Source of the DNA: Candidatus Enterousia sp.
GTDB taxonomy: Bacteria; Pseudomonadota; Alphaproteobacteria; Rs-D84
NCBI GenBank assembly: GCA_045647355.1
Contig: JAZRMF010000005.1
Coordinates: 165,763-229,762, forward strand
Direction of reading: 5' to 3'
DNA length: 64,000 nt
Both the position numbers and the translations under genes were made by a program. Numbering within the stretch: position 1 is the stretch's first letter; each line of letters starts with the position of its first letter. Below are positions 1 through 10,286 of the stretch, one piece after another. The notes under the pieces were generated by a model, which saw only the letters and a list, made by a program, of their open reading frames with translations, was not told the DNA's origin and ran no database searches.

Positions 1-1640
1 TCACCAAAGAAAGAATACTTAAATTCACCTTCTGCCGAACTGGTAACACCACTGAACAAATTTTCTGGCATTGCGGTCAAAGAAGTACACAAGTTGAACA
101 CGGACCGGAACATATTCTTTGCACCACCAGATACCCCGGAAAAAAGGTTTGACGGAATTGTTGTTATCCCAGCACAACGGTCAAATGTTTCACGGAACAT
201 GGCATTAGCGGCCCCCGTAACCCCAGTAAACAGCCCGGATGGAATACTGGTCAATGCAGAACAATATTGGAACGTCTTATAAAACCGCGGGAAATCGGTA
301 TCACTTGCGCCATTATTCAACGTCGGGAACAATGCACCCAATGAACCATTGATTGATGCAACCTTGCAGCTAGTGTTGGTTGCGTCTGAAAAACTAATCG
401 TTGTATCGGTAATTGGCGGCTTATCAGCACTGCCGGGGAGATGATATTTGGTTGCGGTACCACAAAGTCCGATTGTGTACGAGTCCGCCGTTGTATAGGT
501 ATGAGGATACGTTTGTGCGGAATCCGTATTGCCGACACGATAGATTGTTTCAATGGGGCTGCCATCCCCCCAATCAACCGCGAAAATACCGGCCGCGGAC
601 ATCATGAACGACATTTCTTCATTCGCAGATAAATTCGTTGTTGTCACAGTGAATGTATCACAAACACACGCACCGTTTTCAAGACGTGCGCCCGGTGCGC
701 AACCACATGAAACCGGACCATTCCATGTAGAATTATTAGTGTTTCCTTCATAACCCGTAATATATTGCGGAACACCAGAAGGACAAGTTGTCACCAAATT
801 GGTATCTTTGAACGTATCATACCACAAGGTTGATGCGGATGGATGACCCGCGACAACAAGCCCAATAAATGTGGACGGCGGTATATAACCAGACATATTT
901 GTACAACCCTCAAAGGTCTGCGAGAACATGGAGCTTGCCGGTGTAGTAATTGTGCTAAATAAACCTTCGGGCATTGATGTTAAACCTGTACACCCCGAAA
1001 AGGTGCCATAAAACATAAAATCCGCATTATTGCCACCCGTATAACCATAGAACAATGTTGATGGTATTGTTGTTAAGTTGGTTGCGTTCTTGAATGAATT
1101 AATAAATTGTGGAATTTGACTGGCGTTGGTACCAACTTGTGGAAATAATTCGACCAACGAACCTGACAATGATGCAATCTTGGCCGCGTTCCCATTTAAT
1201 AAACCATCAAAAGTAATTGCTGATTTATCCGATGTAATATCTAAAACGAGAACAGGATATTCGGTTGCGACACCGCCAAATCTTATTGTATGTGCGCCCG
1301 CCGATGCCCATTCGCAAGTATAATTAACACTAACATTTGTGCTTTTTGTAATTGTCTTGCCAGACGCGCCCGTTCCCGACAATGTTCCACCATCGCCGCA
1401 ATCGACATAAAATGTTCCCTTGGCCGATATACTGAATTTAAGGGAATCACCAGCAGATAAATTGGTCGTTGTCAATTCAAACTTAGATGTTTGGCAATTT
1501 GATCCATTACCCGTTACATCGATTTCATTGGTTGTGCATGCAAAAGCCGCGGTGTCAAACGACACACACGCCAAGAATCCGGCAAAAATGCAACCAATTA
1601 AACGCCGCAAAATTCTTCCTTTTCCCCCTAATACAACCAT
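1..1640 (-). CDS. Partial (3' end outside window) secreted surface protein with a signal peptide, two PKD-like modules (VDWGDGS...HTYTTADSYTIGL; VDCGDGGT) and BspA-type leucine-rich repeats (F..C..LTSIP..LF)
   Basis: Manual translation of the minus strand from ATG at 1640 is open to position 1 (>540 aa). It is absent from the ORF track because there is no in-window stop. N-terminus MVVLGGKGRILRRLIGCIFAGFLACVSF is signal-like. Repeated F-x-x-C-x-x-L-T-S-[IM]-P motifs. Confidence 0.6.
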   Translation of the reverse strand, partial: MVVLGGKGRILRRLIGCIFAGFLACVSFDTAAFACTTNEIDVTGNGSNCQTSKFELTTTNLSAGDSLKFSISAKGTFYVDCGDGGTLSGTGASGKTITKSTNVSVNYTCEWASAGAHTIRFGGVATEYPVLVLDITSDKSAITFDGLLNGNAAKIASLSGSLVELFPQVGTNASQIPQFINSFKNATNLTTIPSTLFYGYTGGNNADFMFYGTFSGCTGLTSMPEGLFSTITTPASSMFSQTFEGCTNMSGYIPPSTFIGLVVAGHPSASTLWYDTFKDTNLVTTCPSGVPQYITGYEGNTNNSTWNGPVSCGCAPGARLENGACVCDTFTVTTTNLSANEEMSFMMSAAGIFAVDWGDGSPIETIYRVGNTDSAQTYPHTYTTADSYTIGLCGTATKYHLPGSADKPPITDTTISFSDATNTSCKVASINGSLGALFPTLNNGASDTDFPRFYKTFQYCSALTSIPSGLFTGVTGAANAMFRETFDRCAGITTIPSNLFSGVSGGAKNMFRSVFNLCTSLTAMPENLFSGVTSSAEGEFKYSFFG

Positions 1641-1897
1641 TTCGACATTAAAAGTTTAGCCAATTTTGCAGCAACCGGTCAAGGGGTATTTTAACGATTT
1701 TTTCGAAAAAATCTGCGTTGCACGTTGTTTTCAAAACAATTCGTTTTTATAGCAGCGAAATTACATTTGTAACCTATTGACTTTTATGATAAATTCTCTA
1801 TAATGTATCTTGATATGACAAAAGATTGTATAAATCTTAATCACAATTTTGAATCTGCACGTTTTTGTGCGGCTGGTTTTTATTACGCCTATTAACC

Positions 1898-1945
1898 CCT
1901 TATGGTGTTATGGGTTTGATTGGCTTTGGCACCATAAGGGGAACT
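1898..1945. promoter_or_regulatory. Perfect 12-bp inverted repeat (CCCCTTATGGTG ... CACCATAAGGGG) with ~20-nt loop in the divergent intergenic region upstream of tyrS
   Basis: Read directly from sequence. Lies between the start of the minus-strand gene (1640) and the tyrS start (1994). Possible operator or attenuator. Confidence 0.3.
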
Positions 1946-1993
1946 GTCCAAAGCCAATTTTTTTATCCATAAACACTAAAAAAGGATTAAGTA

Positions 1994-3193
1994 ATGAAAA
2001 CCAAAGAACAAATTATTGATGAAATATTGGACCGTGGCGTTATTGTTGATATTCTGCCGTCGCGGGCGGAATTTAAACAGCGGTTATTAAATGAAAAACT
2101 GCGTTTTTTCATAGGGGCCGATCCAACGAATACGTCGTTGCATCTGTCACATGCGAAAAATTTTATGCTGTTGGAAGAATTTAGAAAACTGGGGCATGAA
2201 GTATTCGTACTGTTCGGTGATTTTACCGCATGCATTGGCGACCCCAGTGACCGTAATTCTGCACGCGCCCGTCTTACACCAGAACAAGTCCATGCGTTTT
2301 CGGCGGATTGGGTTCGGCAAATATCGCCAATTATCAATTTTAATGATGCCGACAATCCGGCGCATGTCGTGTTTAATGGCGAATGGTTGAATAAACTGAC
2401 TATGCGGGATTTGATAGATCTGGCGTCAAATACCACCGTTCAACATATGTTGGAACGTGATATGTTTCAAAAACGGATGGCCGAAAACCGACCTATTCAC
2501 CTGCACGAATTCCTGTACCCAATTTTCCAAGGATTTGATTCCGTGGCATTGGATGCCGACGTTGAATTGTGCGGTGTTGACCAGACATTTAATGCGCTGA
2601 TGGGGCGAACTTTGTTAAAGAAATTGAAAAACAAAGAAAAGTTTATCGTGTGCAATAATTTGATGGAAAACCCGATAACAGGCGAATTAATGTCTAAATC
2701 ACGTGGCACAGGTGTATTTTTAAATACAGATGCGAATACTATGTTTGGGCAAATAATGGCACAGCCCGACGAAATGATACGCATTTTCTTGATAAACAAT
2801 ACACGTGTTCCGTTGGATGAAATAGACGCATTGGATATTGAAAACAATCCAATGAACGCCAAGTTATTTACCGCACAAAAAATTGTGGAAATTTTCCATG
2901 GTACGGCGGCGGCAGATTCCGCACTTGCGCATTTCAAAAACACTTTTTCAAACAAAGTGTTTCCAGAAAACGCGCCAGAATTTGCAACCGATAAAGATGA
3001 ATTGTCCGTTATGGATATTCTACAAATTGGGATGAGTGCAGAATCAAAAGGCGAACTGCGACGATTGGTTTTACAAAATGCCGTTACGATAAACGATGAA
3101 AAAGTGGTTGATATAAATCAGACCATGCGTACAAATAAAACGTTGTTTGTTCGTGTCGGACGTAAAACTTTCTTTAAGGTCGCGCGTAAATAA
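1994..3193 (+). CDS. tyrS: Tyrosyl-tRNA synthetase
   Basis: Class I aaRS motifs GADPTNTSLHLSHA (HIGH-type) and LMSKS (KMSKS), plus a C-terminal S4-like region. 399 aa. Confidence 0.8.
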   Translation: MKTKEQIIDEILDRGVIVDILPSRAEFKQRLLNEKLRFFIGADPTNTSLHLSHAKNFMLLEEFRKLGHEVFVLFGDFTACIGDPSDRNSARARLTPEQVHAFSADWVRQISPIINFNDADNPAHVVFNGEWLNKLTMRDLIDLASNTTVQHMLERDMFQKRMAENRPIHLHEFLYPIFQGFDSVALDADVELCGVDQTFNALMGRTLLKKLKNKEKFIVCNNLMENPITGELMSKSRGTGVFLNTDANTMFGQIMAQPDEMIRIFLINNTRVPLDEIDALDIENNPMNAKLFTAQKIVEIFHGTAAADSALAHFKNTFSNKVFPENAPEFATDKDELSVMDILQIGMSAESKGELRRLVLQNAVTINDEKVVDINQTMRTNKTLFVRVGRKTFFKVARK

Positions 3194-3204
3194 ACGATTA
3201 ATCA

Positions 3205-3230
3205 AAGGCCCGGTTTTTGGGCCTTTGATA
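3205..3230. terminator. Bidirectional rho-independent terminator (GGCCCGGTTTTTGGGCC) between tyrS and the convergent 3233 gene
   Basis: GC hairpin flanked by A/T runs. Confidence 0.6.
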
Positions 3231-3232
3231 TA

Positions 3233-5455
3233 TTAATGGCAATAATTTTTGACAGCCGTTTGAACAACTGGTGTCATTTGGGGAATACTATAGGTGAGTG
3301 CAAATTCATCACGATTATCGTACGTTAACGTTACACCATTATGTGCGACCGTCATACCGTTTTCTGATTGTGTGACCGTTGTGCCATCCATAAACGATAT
3401 CAGGTTACAGCCATCTTTGGTATGCGAAAATGTTGTCGATATACTTACATTTGCCGTATTTTTGAATTTGAATTCTTTTATGCGACACATTGAATCCAAT
3501 GCCACATGATGGCGACGATCTATCAAAATGCTATCGCCTTTGCCAAAAGGAATCTTGGAACCACATTCCATATATTTTGTAACGCGTAAATCTGGACCTG
3601 TATATATTTTACTTCTGGCTGTTTGCAAAACATTTACACAATCTTTGATTGTATGCCACATAGTATGTTCATCCCAATTAATAGTTTGGGTTTGCAAATT
3701 AATAATTATCCCATTTGGTAATTTTACATTGGTGACCAATCCATTATAGACACCTATTTCCATGCCGTTTGGAAATGTATATTTACAATTTTCTATGGAC
3801 GGTCTGTTTTGATACAAGATTTTATGATTTTTAAAATCCAAATGTGCAACCAGGCCATCTTTGTGCGCATATTCATAAACCCCGTCACGTAATTTCGTCA
3901 CATCCGGCCCGACCGATATCAATGTATTCATTAATACCTGGGCATCTTGCAAAAACTGTTCTTCCTTGCTTAATAACAAATTGCGCAATTCTTTGCTGAA
4001 ATAATTATGACTAAGTTTATTACGCAACACGGCATAATCTTGCCATGTCTTGGATTCTTGGGGCGAAAGCAAGCCCAATTTTTTAATATGCTGCCATGCC
4101 TCGTAACTTCTTAGGTTGCGACCACGTGTCATACAATGTCGCATTACAATACAATCACTGGCATGGAACGTATTTAAAAATCTTGAACGGTTGCCGTAAT
4201 AATCTATGCCGATATCTCTACCATGTGACAGCGGGAAATCATCAACAATGTTTATTGTTGGTATAATCTTGCGCAGATTGCGATTAAGGCTCTTGTATTT
4301 ATCTGAGGCTATTGGATGATTTAATTCCACACCTGGACACATTGCATCGGGGTTGGCATATGCCGTACGCACCCGTTGAAAGAACTTGTTATTACTTTCC
4401 GATGTATCGCGAATCAATCGGTTTGGGCATATTTTACGCATTACATGTTGCATTTGGTGCAAAACATCGATATAGGCCTTCATCCGATAAATTGGCGTTT
4501 TATCACAGATTTTCAAATACGATTCCACATACGTAGAACGAATAATTTTATTTTTGTTTGCCTTGTCCGCATCAAAAAATCCCAATTCATCCAATGTGTC
4601 TAACTGATGCCGCATAAAGTTGCGGATATTAACATAATCTTTAAAATTATCGGCCGATGGGATAAGACCGTCGGATTCCGCCTGCTTTAATGCCGCGTCA
4701 CTATCGGCGGTGTCGTATATCTCACGACAAACAACCAATAATTTTTCGGCAAAAGATCCCAACAGTTCCAATATAATATTTTCATTTGCCACCACTTGTT
4801 CGGCCGCATATATATTTAAATACATGCGATTATAACTTTTTTCTGTGGCATCTTTATTTTGCCACAGGGCGTCTACCTGGGCTATATTTATGCTAAATTC
4901 GCCCAGCATATCGTTATTATAAATAAAATCTAGTAATGGCATATTGGCATTTTCTTTATCGATATATTTCATCTTGTAAATACCATCAACAAAGAAGTCT
5001 GTTTTACCCAATTCGGATGTCGGCGTATAGATAACCGTACAACGTTCAAGGTTAAACGGCAATTGCATGTTCAACGATGTAACAGTATACGGTGGAATAG
5101 CAAAATTTTTGAAATATCCATTGTTTTCATGTTGCTTGATATGATGCAGTATGACATATGCCCTATTTTCATCTTCATATTCATCATTATTTACAAAATT
5201 CACAAAATCCTGTCTATCCTGGGGGCTCATAGGCATTATTTGCCAACTGATTTTTGGGGCATCGGGATGCATACTTTCCAATTGTGAACACGCCAAGTCT
5301 TCAATGGACGCCAATTGCATCACACTCTCATGTGCACGCGCAAGATACAAAAAGTCCTCATATATGGCGATTAATTCGTCAATATGCTGTTTCGAAATAG
5401 ATTTGTATTTTTCGTCCATAGATTTTTTTATACACCCGTACCCCGTTATTGTCAA
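3233..5455 (-). CDS. Large hypothetical protein (740 aa) with no recognisable motifs; effector-like orphan
   Basis: Long intact ORF. The start may be at the internal Met near 5419. No conserved catalytic motifs recognised by eye. Confidence 0.5.
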   Translation of the reverse strand: MTITGYGCIKKSMDEKYKSISKQHIDELIAIYEDFLYLARAHESVMQLASIEDLACSQLESMHPDAPKISWQIMPMSPQDRQDFVNFVNNDEYEDENRAYVILHHIKQHENNGYFKNFAIPPYTVTSLNMQLPFNLERCTVIYTPTSELGKTDFFVDGIYKMKYIDKENANMPLLDFIYNNDMLGEFSINIAQVDALWQNKDATEKSYNRMYLNIYAAEQVVANENIILELLGSFAEKLLVVCREIYDTADSDAALKQAESDGLIPSADNFKDYVNIRNFMRHQLDTLDELGFFDADKANKNKIIRSTYVESYLKICDKTPIYRMKAYIDVLHQMQHVMRKICPNRLIRDTSESNNKFFQRVRTAYANPDAMCPGVELNHPIASDKYKSLNRNLRKIIPTINIVDDFPLSHGRDIGIDYYGNRSRFLNTFHASDCIVMRHCMTRGRNLRSYEAWQHIKKLGLLSPQESKTWQDYAVLRNKLSHNYFSKELRNLLLSKEEQFLQDAQVLMNTLISVGPDVTKLRDGVYEYAHKDGLVAHLDFKNHKILYQNRPSIENCKYTFPNGMEIGVYNGLVTNVKLPNGIIINLQTQTINWDEHTMWHTIKDCVNVLQTARSKIYTGPDLRVTKYMECGSKIPFGKGDSILIDRRHHVALDSMCRIKEFKFKNTANVSISTTFSHTKDGCNLISFMDGTTVTQSENGMTVAHNGVTLTYDNRDEFALTYSIPQMTPVVQTAVKNYCH

Positions 5456-5467
5456 GGAACCGATCGA

Positions 5468-5803
5468 TTATAGTCCGCGGTTTTTTCCTGTTTTCTTTGA
5501 TTTTGGGGCCGGAATTTCAGAATAAATTGCATCAAACAAATCGCGCAATAATTCACGATTTTCAATATCATCAACCATTATCATTGGATGGCCACCCGGG
5601 TATGGAATCTCCATCGTTGCATTTGGCAATATTGCAACCGCAGATTTTGTTGGTTTTATCAGAAACCTGTCATCATAGATGCCCGCAACCACACGCCCAC
5701 GATAATATATAACATATTCGCCCATCATTGCACGATATGTAATATCAGGCAAATCAGACAATTGTTCCAATACAAAATCCAAATATTCTTTGCTTGATGA
5801 CAT
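5468..5803 (-). CDS. TfoX N-terminal-domain-like protein (111 aa)
   Basis: Pattern ...RAMMGEYVIYYRGRVVAGIYDDRFLIK... resembles the TfoX_N fold (MFG..y.y..g..fa.v.dd.LylK). Confidence 0.4.
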   Translation of the reverse strand: MSSSKEYLDFVLEQLSDLPDITYRAMMGEYVIYYRGRVVAGIYDDRFLIKPTKSAVAILPNATMEIPYPGGHPMIMVDDIENRELLRDLFDAIYSEIPAPKSKKTGKNRGL

Positions 5804-5895
5804 TTAATATTCCTATTGTTCACATTATAAACAATGTTTATTTCTATTGCAATACCCGGATAGCGCATTAAAATACAACCGACAGGAGGTGGCAC

Positions 5896-6129
5896 ATGAA
5901 ATACAGCAAGTCCGAAACAATCACGACCGAACAGTTTAGCATAACAGAAACCTTGCAAGAAATTGCCGATGTTATCGCAATTGCCAAGGCGACAATTAAA
6001 CAAGGCGATACAAAATTGGCGTTGAAAAACCTGGACGAGGCCGAACACTATATACCCTATATCACGCGCAAGGTTAAAATTGCGTTGCAACACGTTCCTG
6101 AATCCGTCCAAGAAAAAGAATTCTTATAA
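5896..6129 (+). CDS. Small hypothetical protein (77 aa)
   Basis: AGGAGG RBS 7 nt upstream of ATG, followed by a terminator hairpin. Preferred over the overlapping antisense ORF 5725..6111. Confidence 0.45.
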   Translation: MKYSKSETITTEQFSITETLQEIADVIAIAKATIKQGDTKLALKNLDEAEHYIPYITRKVKIALQHVPESVQEKEFL

Positions 6130-6130
6130 A

Positions 6131-6160
6131 AAATCGCCCGAATGGGCGACTTTTTATTTC
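6131..6160. terminator. Bidirectional terminator (TCGCCCGAATGGGCGA) shared by the small + ORF and trpS
   Basis: Hairpin plus T-run read from sequence. Confidence 0.55.
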
Positions 6161-7251
6161 TTGTCCGCGTATTTTGCCTTGTATGCTTCACGCAGGGATG
6201 TATCTTCAAAATATTCCAACCCCATCGCACGACGAACCCGTTTTAAAGTATCCGCCGCGATTGCGCGCGCCTCGGCACTGCCCCGCGCCAAAACATCATA
6301 GACATAATCTATGTTCTGTTCGTATTTCTTGCGGCGTTCACGTATTGGGGTTAACACATCGTTCAACACATCGTTCAAGAACTTTTTAACCGTTCCATCA
6401 CCCAAACCACCACGCGTATAGTGCGCCTTCATTTCGTCCAAGTTTTTATATACCGGCAAATATTTTGCAAAATGTTCATCGGTTGCTAATGCCGTCAAGT
6501 ATATGAACGGAATGTTGCCCTCCAAATGCCCAGGGTCTTCAACCCGCAAATGCAATGGGTCGGTGAACATATTGTTAATCTGCTTTTTAATTACAGACGG
6601 TTCATCCGCCAGGTATATTGCATTACCCAACGATTTACCCATTTTTTCACTGCCATCTATGCCGGGCAAGCGCCGGCATACACCGTTTGCCGCAAATATC
6701 GCCGTTGGCTCAACCAAAACGTCGCCGTATATAGAATTAAACGCACGCACTATTTCACGCGTTTGTTCCAACAACGGTTCTTGGTCTTCGCCACACGGGA
6801 CGTATTTTGCATTAAATGCAGTTATATCGGCGGCCTGGCTGATGGGATATGTCATAAATCCCGTTGGAATACCACCATCAAAGTTCTTTTCTTTGATTTC
6901 GGTTTTGATTGTCGGATTGCGTTGCAACCGCCCAAGTGTCACCAGGTTCATGTAATAGAACGTCAATTCGGTCAATTCTGGTATTTGCGATTGAACAAAA
7001 ATTGTTGTCTTTTCAGGGTCGATACCCACAGACAGGTAATCCAGGGCAACCTCTATCAAATTCTGGCGAATTTTTTCGGGATTGCGGGCATTATCGGTCA
7101 AGGCCTGGCAATCGGCAATAAAAACGAACTGTTTATACCGCGGGTCGTCTTGCAATTCAAGACGTTTACGCAAACTGCCCACGAAATGTCCAATATGCAA
7201 ACGCCCCGTCGGACGATCGCCGGTTACAATTATATCTTTTTCTTGTGTCAT
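6154..7251 (-). CDS. trpS: Tryptophanyl-tRNA synthetase
   Basis: TGDRPTGRLHIGHFVGSL (HIGH) and KMGKS motifs. 365 aa. Confidence 0.85.
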   Translation of the reverse strand: MTQEKDIIVTGDRPTGRLHIGHFVGSLRKRLELQDDPRYKQFVFIADCQALTDNARNPEKIRQNLIEVALDYLSVGIDPEKTTIFVQSQIPELTELTFYYMNLVTLGRLQRNPTIKTEIKEKNFDGGIPTGFMTYPISQAADITAFNAKYVPCGEDQEPLLEQTREIVRAFNSIYGDVLVEPTAIFAANGVCRRLPGIDGSEKMGKSLGNAIYLADEPSVIKKQINNMFTDPLHLRVEDPGHLEGNIPFIYLTALATDEHFAKYLPVYKNLDEMKAHYTRGGLGDGTVKKFLNDVLNDVLTPIRERRKKYEQNIDYVYDVLARGSAEARAIAADTLKRVRRAMGLEYFEDTSLREAYKAKYADKK

Positions 7252-7496
7252 ATTAAAATCCTTATGCTTTTTGTATTATTACGGTAATGATATTGTTTTT
7301 CAATTTGTTTATATAGATTACCGGCACCATCGCCCATAGACGGGTGCAATTACAAAACTGTTAAAAGCATAAACCTGTTTAATCATTTTCTATGTTTCCA
7401 TTATAGGTTTATTTGACAATATTGTCAAACAAAAAGCCCCGTTTTTAACCTAACACAAAAACGGGGCGGATCAAGGAGTCTACTTGTCTATCTCTG

Positions 7497-8609
7497 TTAT
7501 CTACCGTCGTTTTCCATTCTTGTTCTTGCACCCAAACCCAAGACACCAAGCACAGCAAGCCCCCCAATTAATAAAAGGTTGTCATGGCGCTTAGATGTTG
7601 CTTGGTCTAATGCGGCATCGGAATCGCCATTCTGATATGCAACATACGAGCTATCGTTCAATTGCCCGCATGTATACATTTGCTGCGCATCGGCAAAAGT
7701 GATTGTATCTTGGGCCATTATTGTATCAATAACACGCGCACGCCCATTAGATACATCATTCCAAACATCATCCAGCACAATATCTTTAACATCCTTTGTC
7801 TCATATCTTGGTCTTGGTCCACTTGCAATTTCCAAATTTTGTGACAGATTGTCAAAATTCCATATTCCGCAATTATCGGCGTCTTTTTTGATATTATTAA
7901 CATTGTCTGTCCGTTTAGAAGTTTTGCAACACAATATATCAGACAGCGCCAAGTCATAACATCCATTGGCACGCACATCCAATAAATCTGAAAATTCCAT
8001 TTCTCCGCATACTATTGCCGCAAAGAAATAGCAACGTTTTAAAACGCCTGGATCCTTACGATATAGTGTCAGCCATTTGACCAGATCTTTACCTTTGGCG
8101 CCATTATTTAATGCTTTCAAAAATGAAGAGTTTCTAAATTTTGATGGTCCAATACAATATTGAATAACACAGGCCGTCAACAAGGTGTTTTCATCTAACG
8201 AGACTTTTACATCTTCACGAATACTTTTTAAAGTAGAAAATGTAAGGTATCTATCCATATCTATATTCGCACTGGCCATGGTACATGTCTCACCCGGGCG
8301 AACATCGCGCGCCTTGCCATGTTCATCATAAATAACGGTCATACCATAACCTTTGGCTAATCTTCCACAATGATAGGTATGATCATAGAAATTTTCGACA
8401 AAAGCCAACGAAAATTTAATTTTACTGCGCGTTGCTTCAAATAACGCAATATTGCCGTATGGATCATTTTGAACCACTGGGTCTTGCGCAGGCACTTCTG
8501 TCGTTGGCTGTCCTTCATCCTGACTATTATTGTCTTCCTTTGGAGAACACGCGACAAGGCTGCCGAGTAACATAGCGCTGAGTAAAATCTTTTGAGCTTT
8601 ATCTGACAT
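7497..8609 (-). CDS. Putative lipoprotein (370 aa) with lipobox (LVAC) and a C-terminal hydrophobic segment followed by a basic tail
   Basis: N-terminus MSDKAQKILLSAMLLGSLVACS. C-terminus ...LLLIGGLAVLGVLGLGARTRMENDGR. Confidence 0.45.
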   Translation of the reverse strand: MSDKAQKILLSAMLLGSLVACSPKEDNNSQDEGQPTTEVPAQDPVVQNDPYGNIALFEATRSKIKFSLAFVENFYDHTYHCGRLAKGYGMTVIYDEHGKARDVRPGETCTMASANIDMDRYLTFSTLKSIREDVKVSLDENTLLTACVIQYCIGPSKFRNSSFLKALNNGAKGKDLVKWLTLYRKDPGVLKRCYFFAAIVCGEMEFSDLLDVRANGCYDLALSDILCCKTSKRTDNVNNIKKDADNCGIWNFDNLSQNLEIASGPRPRYETKDVKDIVLDDVWNDVSNGRARVIDTIMAQDTITFADAQQMYTCGQLNDSSYVAYQNGDSDAALDQATSKRHDNLLLIGGLAVLGVLGLGARTRMENDGR

Positions 8610-8747
8610 ATTTATGATTCCTTATTGTTTTCACACCTAAATATATAACACAAAAACAAATAATGTCAAGTATTTTATTAAAAAACGGGTACTTATGCAC
8701 ACAAGTCACAAAAAACTTAGAAAAATAACGTATTTTATGGTATAATT

Positions 8748-9500
8748 TTGCGAAAAGGGGAAAATTTAAATATGTCTGTCGCAGATTTTACGCGCGCCGC
8801 CAAAATTCAAGGGGTTATAAACCGCATCAGGACCCAAGAAGCCGTATTTCAGGCAGGTCATTGGTCATCTGCAGAAAATTTTGAAGCCCAATTACGTGCG
8901 GACGGCTTTACCCCACCCGTGTCAATATCGCATAAATACAATTTCCCAGATAATTTACCCGAAAAAGAGTGCGAAGATATGGTGATGTGGTTAATATATA
9001 TAATATATTTTGACCCCATGCGCATTTATGACCCATTAGGTTATGCTAAAATGAGAACTGGTGGTACCCCAATGTCCCCAGAAGAAAAACAGGCTTATTA
9101 CGATAATATGCAAAAGATTACTGGCGAATTAAATAATACAGAAAAAGAACAAATTGTGGCTTTTTTTGAACGGGCGCAACGGCATGCAATGGACGACCTT
9201 GCAAAATTGGCACGTAATCTGCAAAAATTAAACCCAGAAATTGCAGATATTAAAATAGACGAAACTTCTGTACGTGATTTGACCGATTTGGTAATTGGCA
9301 TGACATCACGATTTCACCCAGACGATATAAAATATTATATGTCTATTACAGATTATGATACGGCACTGCAAAAGCGCGCAAAGTTAGGCGAAATATTAGG
9401 ATATGAACCGCGTGTATTTATTGACCCGAAACGCGTAGACAAGATTGTTAATGGCATAACCATGCAACGCAATATGCAACAAGGACGAAAAATGCAATAA
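8748..9500 (+). CDS. Hypothetical protein (start possibly 8772)
   Basis: Intact ORF with no recognised motifs. Confidence 0.4.
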   Translation: MRKGENLNMSVADFTRAAKIQGVINRIRTQEAVFQAGHWSSAENFEAQLRADGFTPPVSISHKYNFPDNLPEKECEDMVMWLIYIIYFDPMRIYDPLGYAKMRTGGTPMSPEEKQAYYDNMQKITGELNNTEKEQIVAFFERAQRHAMDDLAKLARNLQKLNPEIADIKIDETSVRDLTDLVIGMTSRFHPDDIKYYMSITDYDTALQKRAKLGEILGYEPRVFIDPKRVDKIVNGITMQRNMQQGRKMQ

Positions 9501-9549
9501 AGAACGGGGAAAATCCCCGTCTTTTATTGGATCAAAGGTAACATATAAT

Positions 9550-10146
9550 TTACCAATTGCGTTTTTTCTTTTCTAAAATACAACCATATAACGCACCAAG
9601 GTATTCAGATTCTGAACACAATTTCTGTGCTGCCAAAGCGGTATTTAATAATCTGTCCGCTTCCGCTTTGGTGCGACCATCGACACGCGTTATTTTACCA
9701 GAATACGGATTTGCGTGCAAGAAATACGCACTGCTTGGCTTTCTCTTGATTGTTTGGAGCATCTGACCTTCGTATGCCACAATGACGGGTTTAGGCGCTG
9801 CGTATTCTATGATAAATGCCGCATCACCACCGTATATATAGTATAAACCGATATCACCGGCACGTTGCTGTTCCAATAATTCTTGGCCTTGTTTCGTACT
9901 CCACCAATAGTTACCAAACGGACTTGTTGTGATTCTTATTTTATCTTCTTGGCCATTATCGTAAATGCATGAGCCAATATCATTGTCTTGGTGTTCCTCG
10001 TTGTACTGCGCACGAAATTCCATCAACCACGGTTGAATAACGGCCACACACGCCTGACATTCTGCCTTGGTGTTTGCATATTTTTGTTCATATGTTAATT
10101 CTGCCATACAAACCCCCTTTGGTTCTTTAACTATAATATAATACAA
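9550..10146 (-). CDS. Hypothetical protein (start possibly at Met14, 10107)
   Basis: Intact ORF with no recognised motifs. Confidence 0.4.
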   Translation of the reverse strand: MYYIIVKEPKGVCMAELTYEQKYANTKAECQACVAVIQPWLMEFRAQYNEEHQDNDIGSCIYDNGQEDKIRITTSPFGNYWWSTKQGQELLEQQRAGDIGLYYIYGGDAAFIIEYAAPKPVIVAYEGQMLQTIKRKPSSAYFLHANPYSGKITRVDGRTKAEADRLLNTALAAQKLCSESEYLGALYGCILEKKKRNW

Positions 10147-10244
10147 AAATACAAAATGTCAAGTAGTCGTAATTTATTTGCATTTTTAACACATTTTATC
10201 TTGATTTTTTCGGATTTGTTCTGTTATAATCACCCCTGCCCTGC

Positions 10245-10286
10245 GGAGCGTTGGCAGAGTGGTAATGCAGCGGATTGCTAATCCGT
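10245..10286 (+). pseudogene. tRNA-Ser(GCU) 5' fragment: 5' half of a disrupted tRNA-Ser(GCU) gene (acceptor stem, D-arm, anticodon stem-loop), broken after GATTGCTAATCCGT
   Basis: GGAGCGTTGGCAGAGTGGTAATGCAGCGGATTGCTAATCCGT joined to 19348..19408 gives a complete 89-nt type II tRNA. A TATAAT -10 box lies ~15 nt upstream. Confidence 0.7.

Noticed and set aside
1987-2955. Minus-strand ORFs inside tyrS (1987..2436, 2497..2955)
   Set aside because: They are antisense to a well-supported aaRS gene.
5725-6111. 128-aa minus-strand ORF
   Set aside because: It overlaps the + strand small ORF that has a canonical AGGAGG RBS and a downstream terminator. The minus ORF has no start context.
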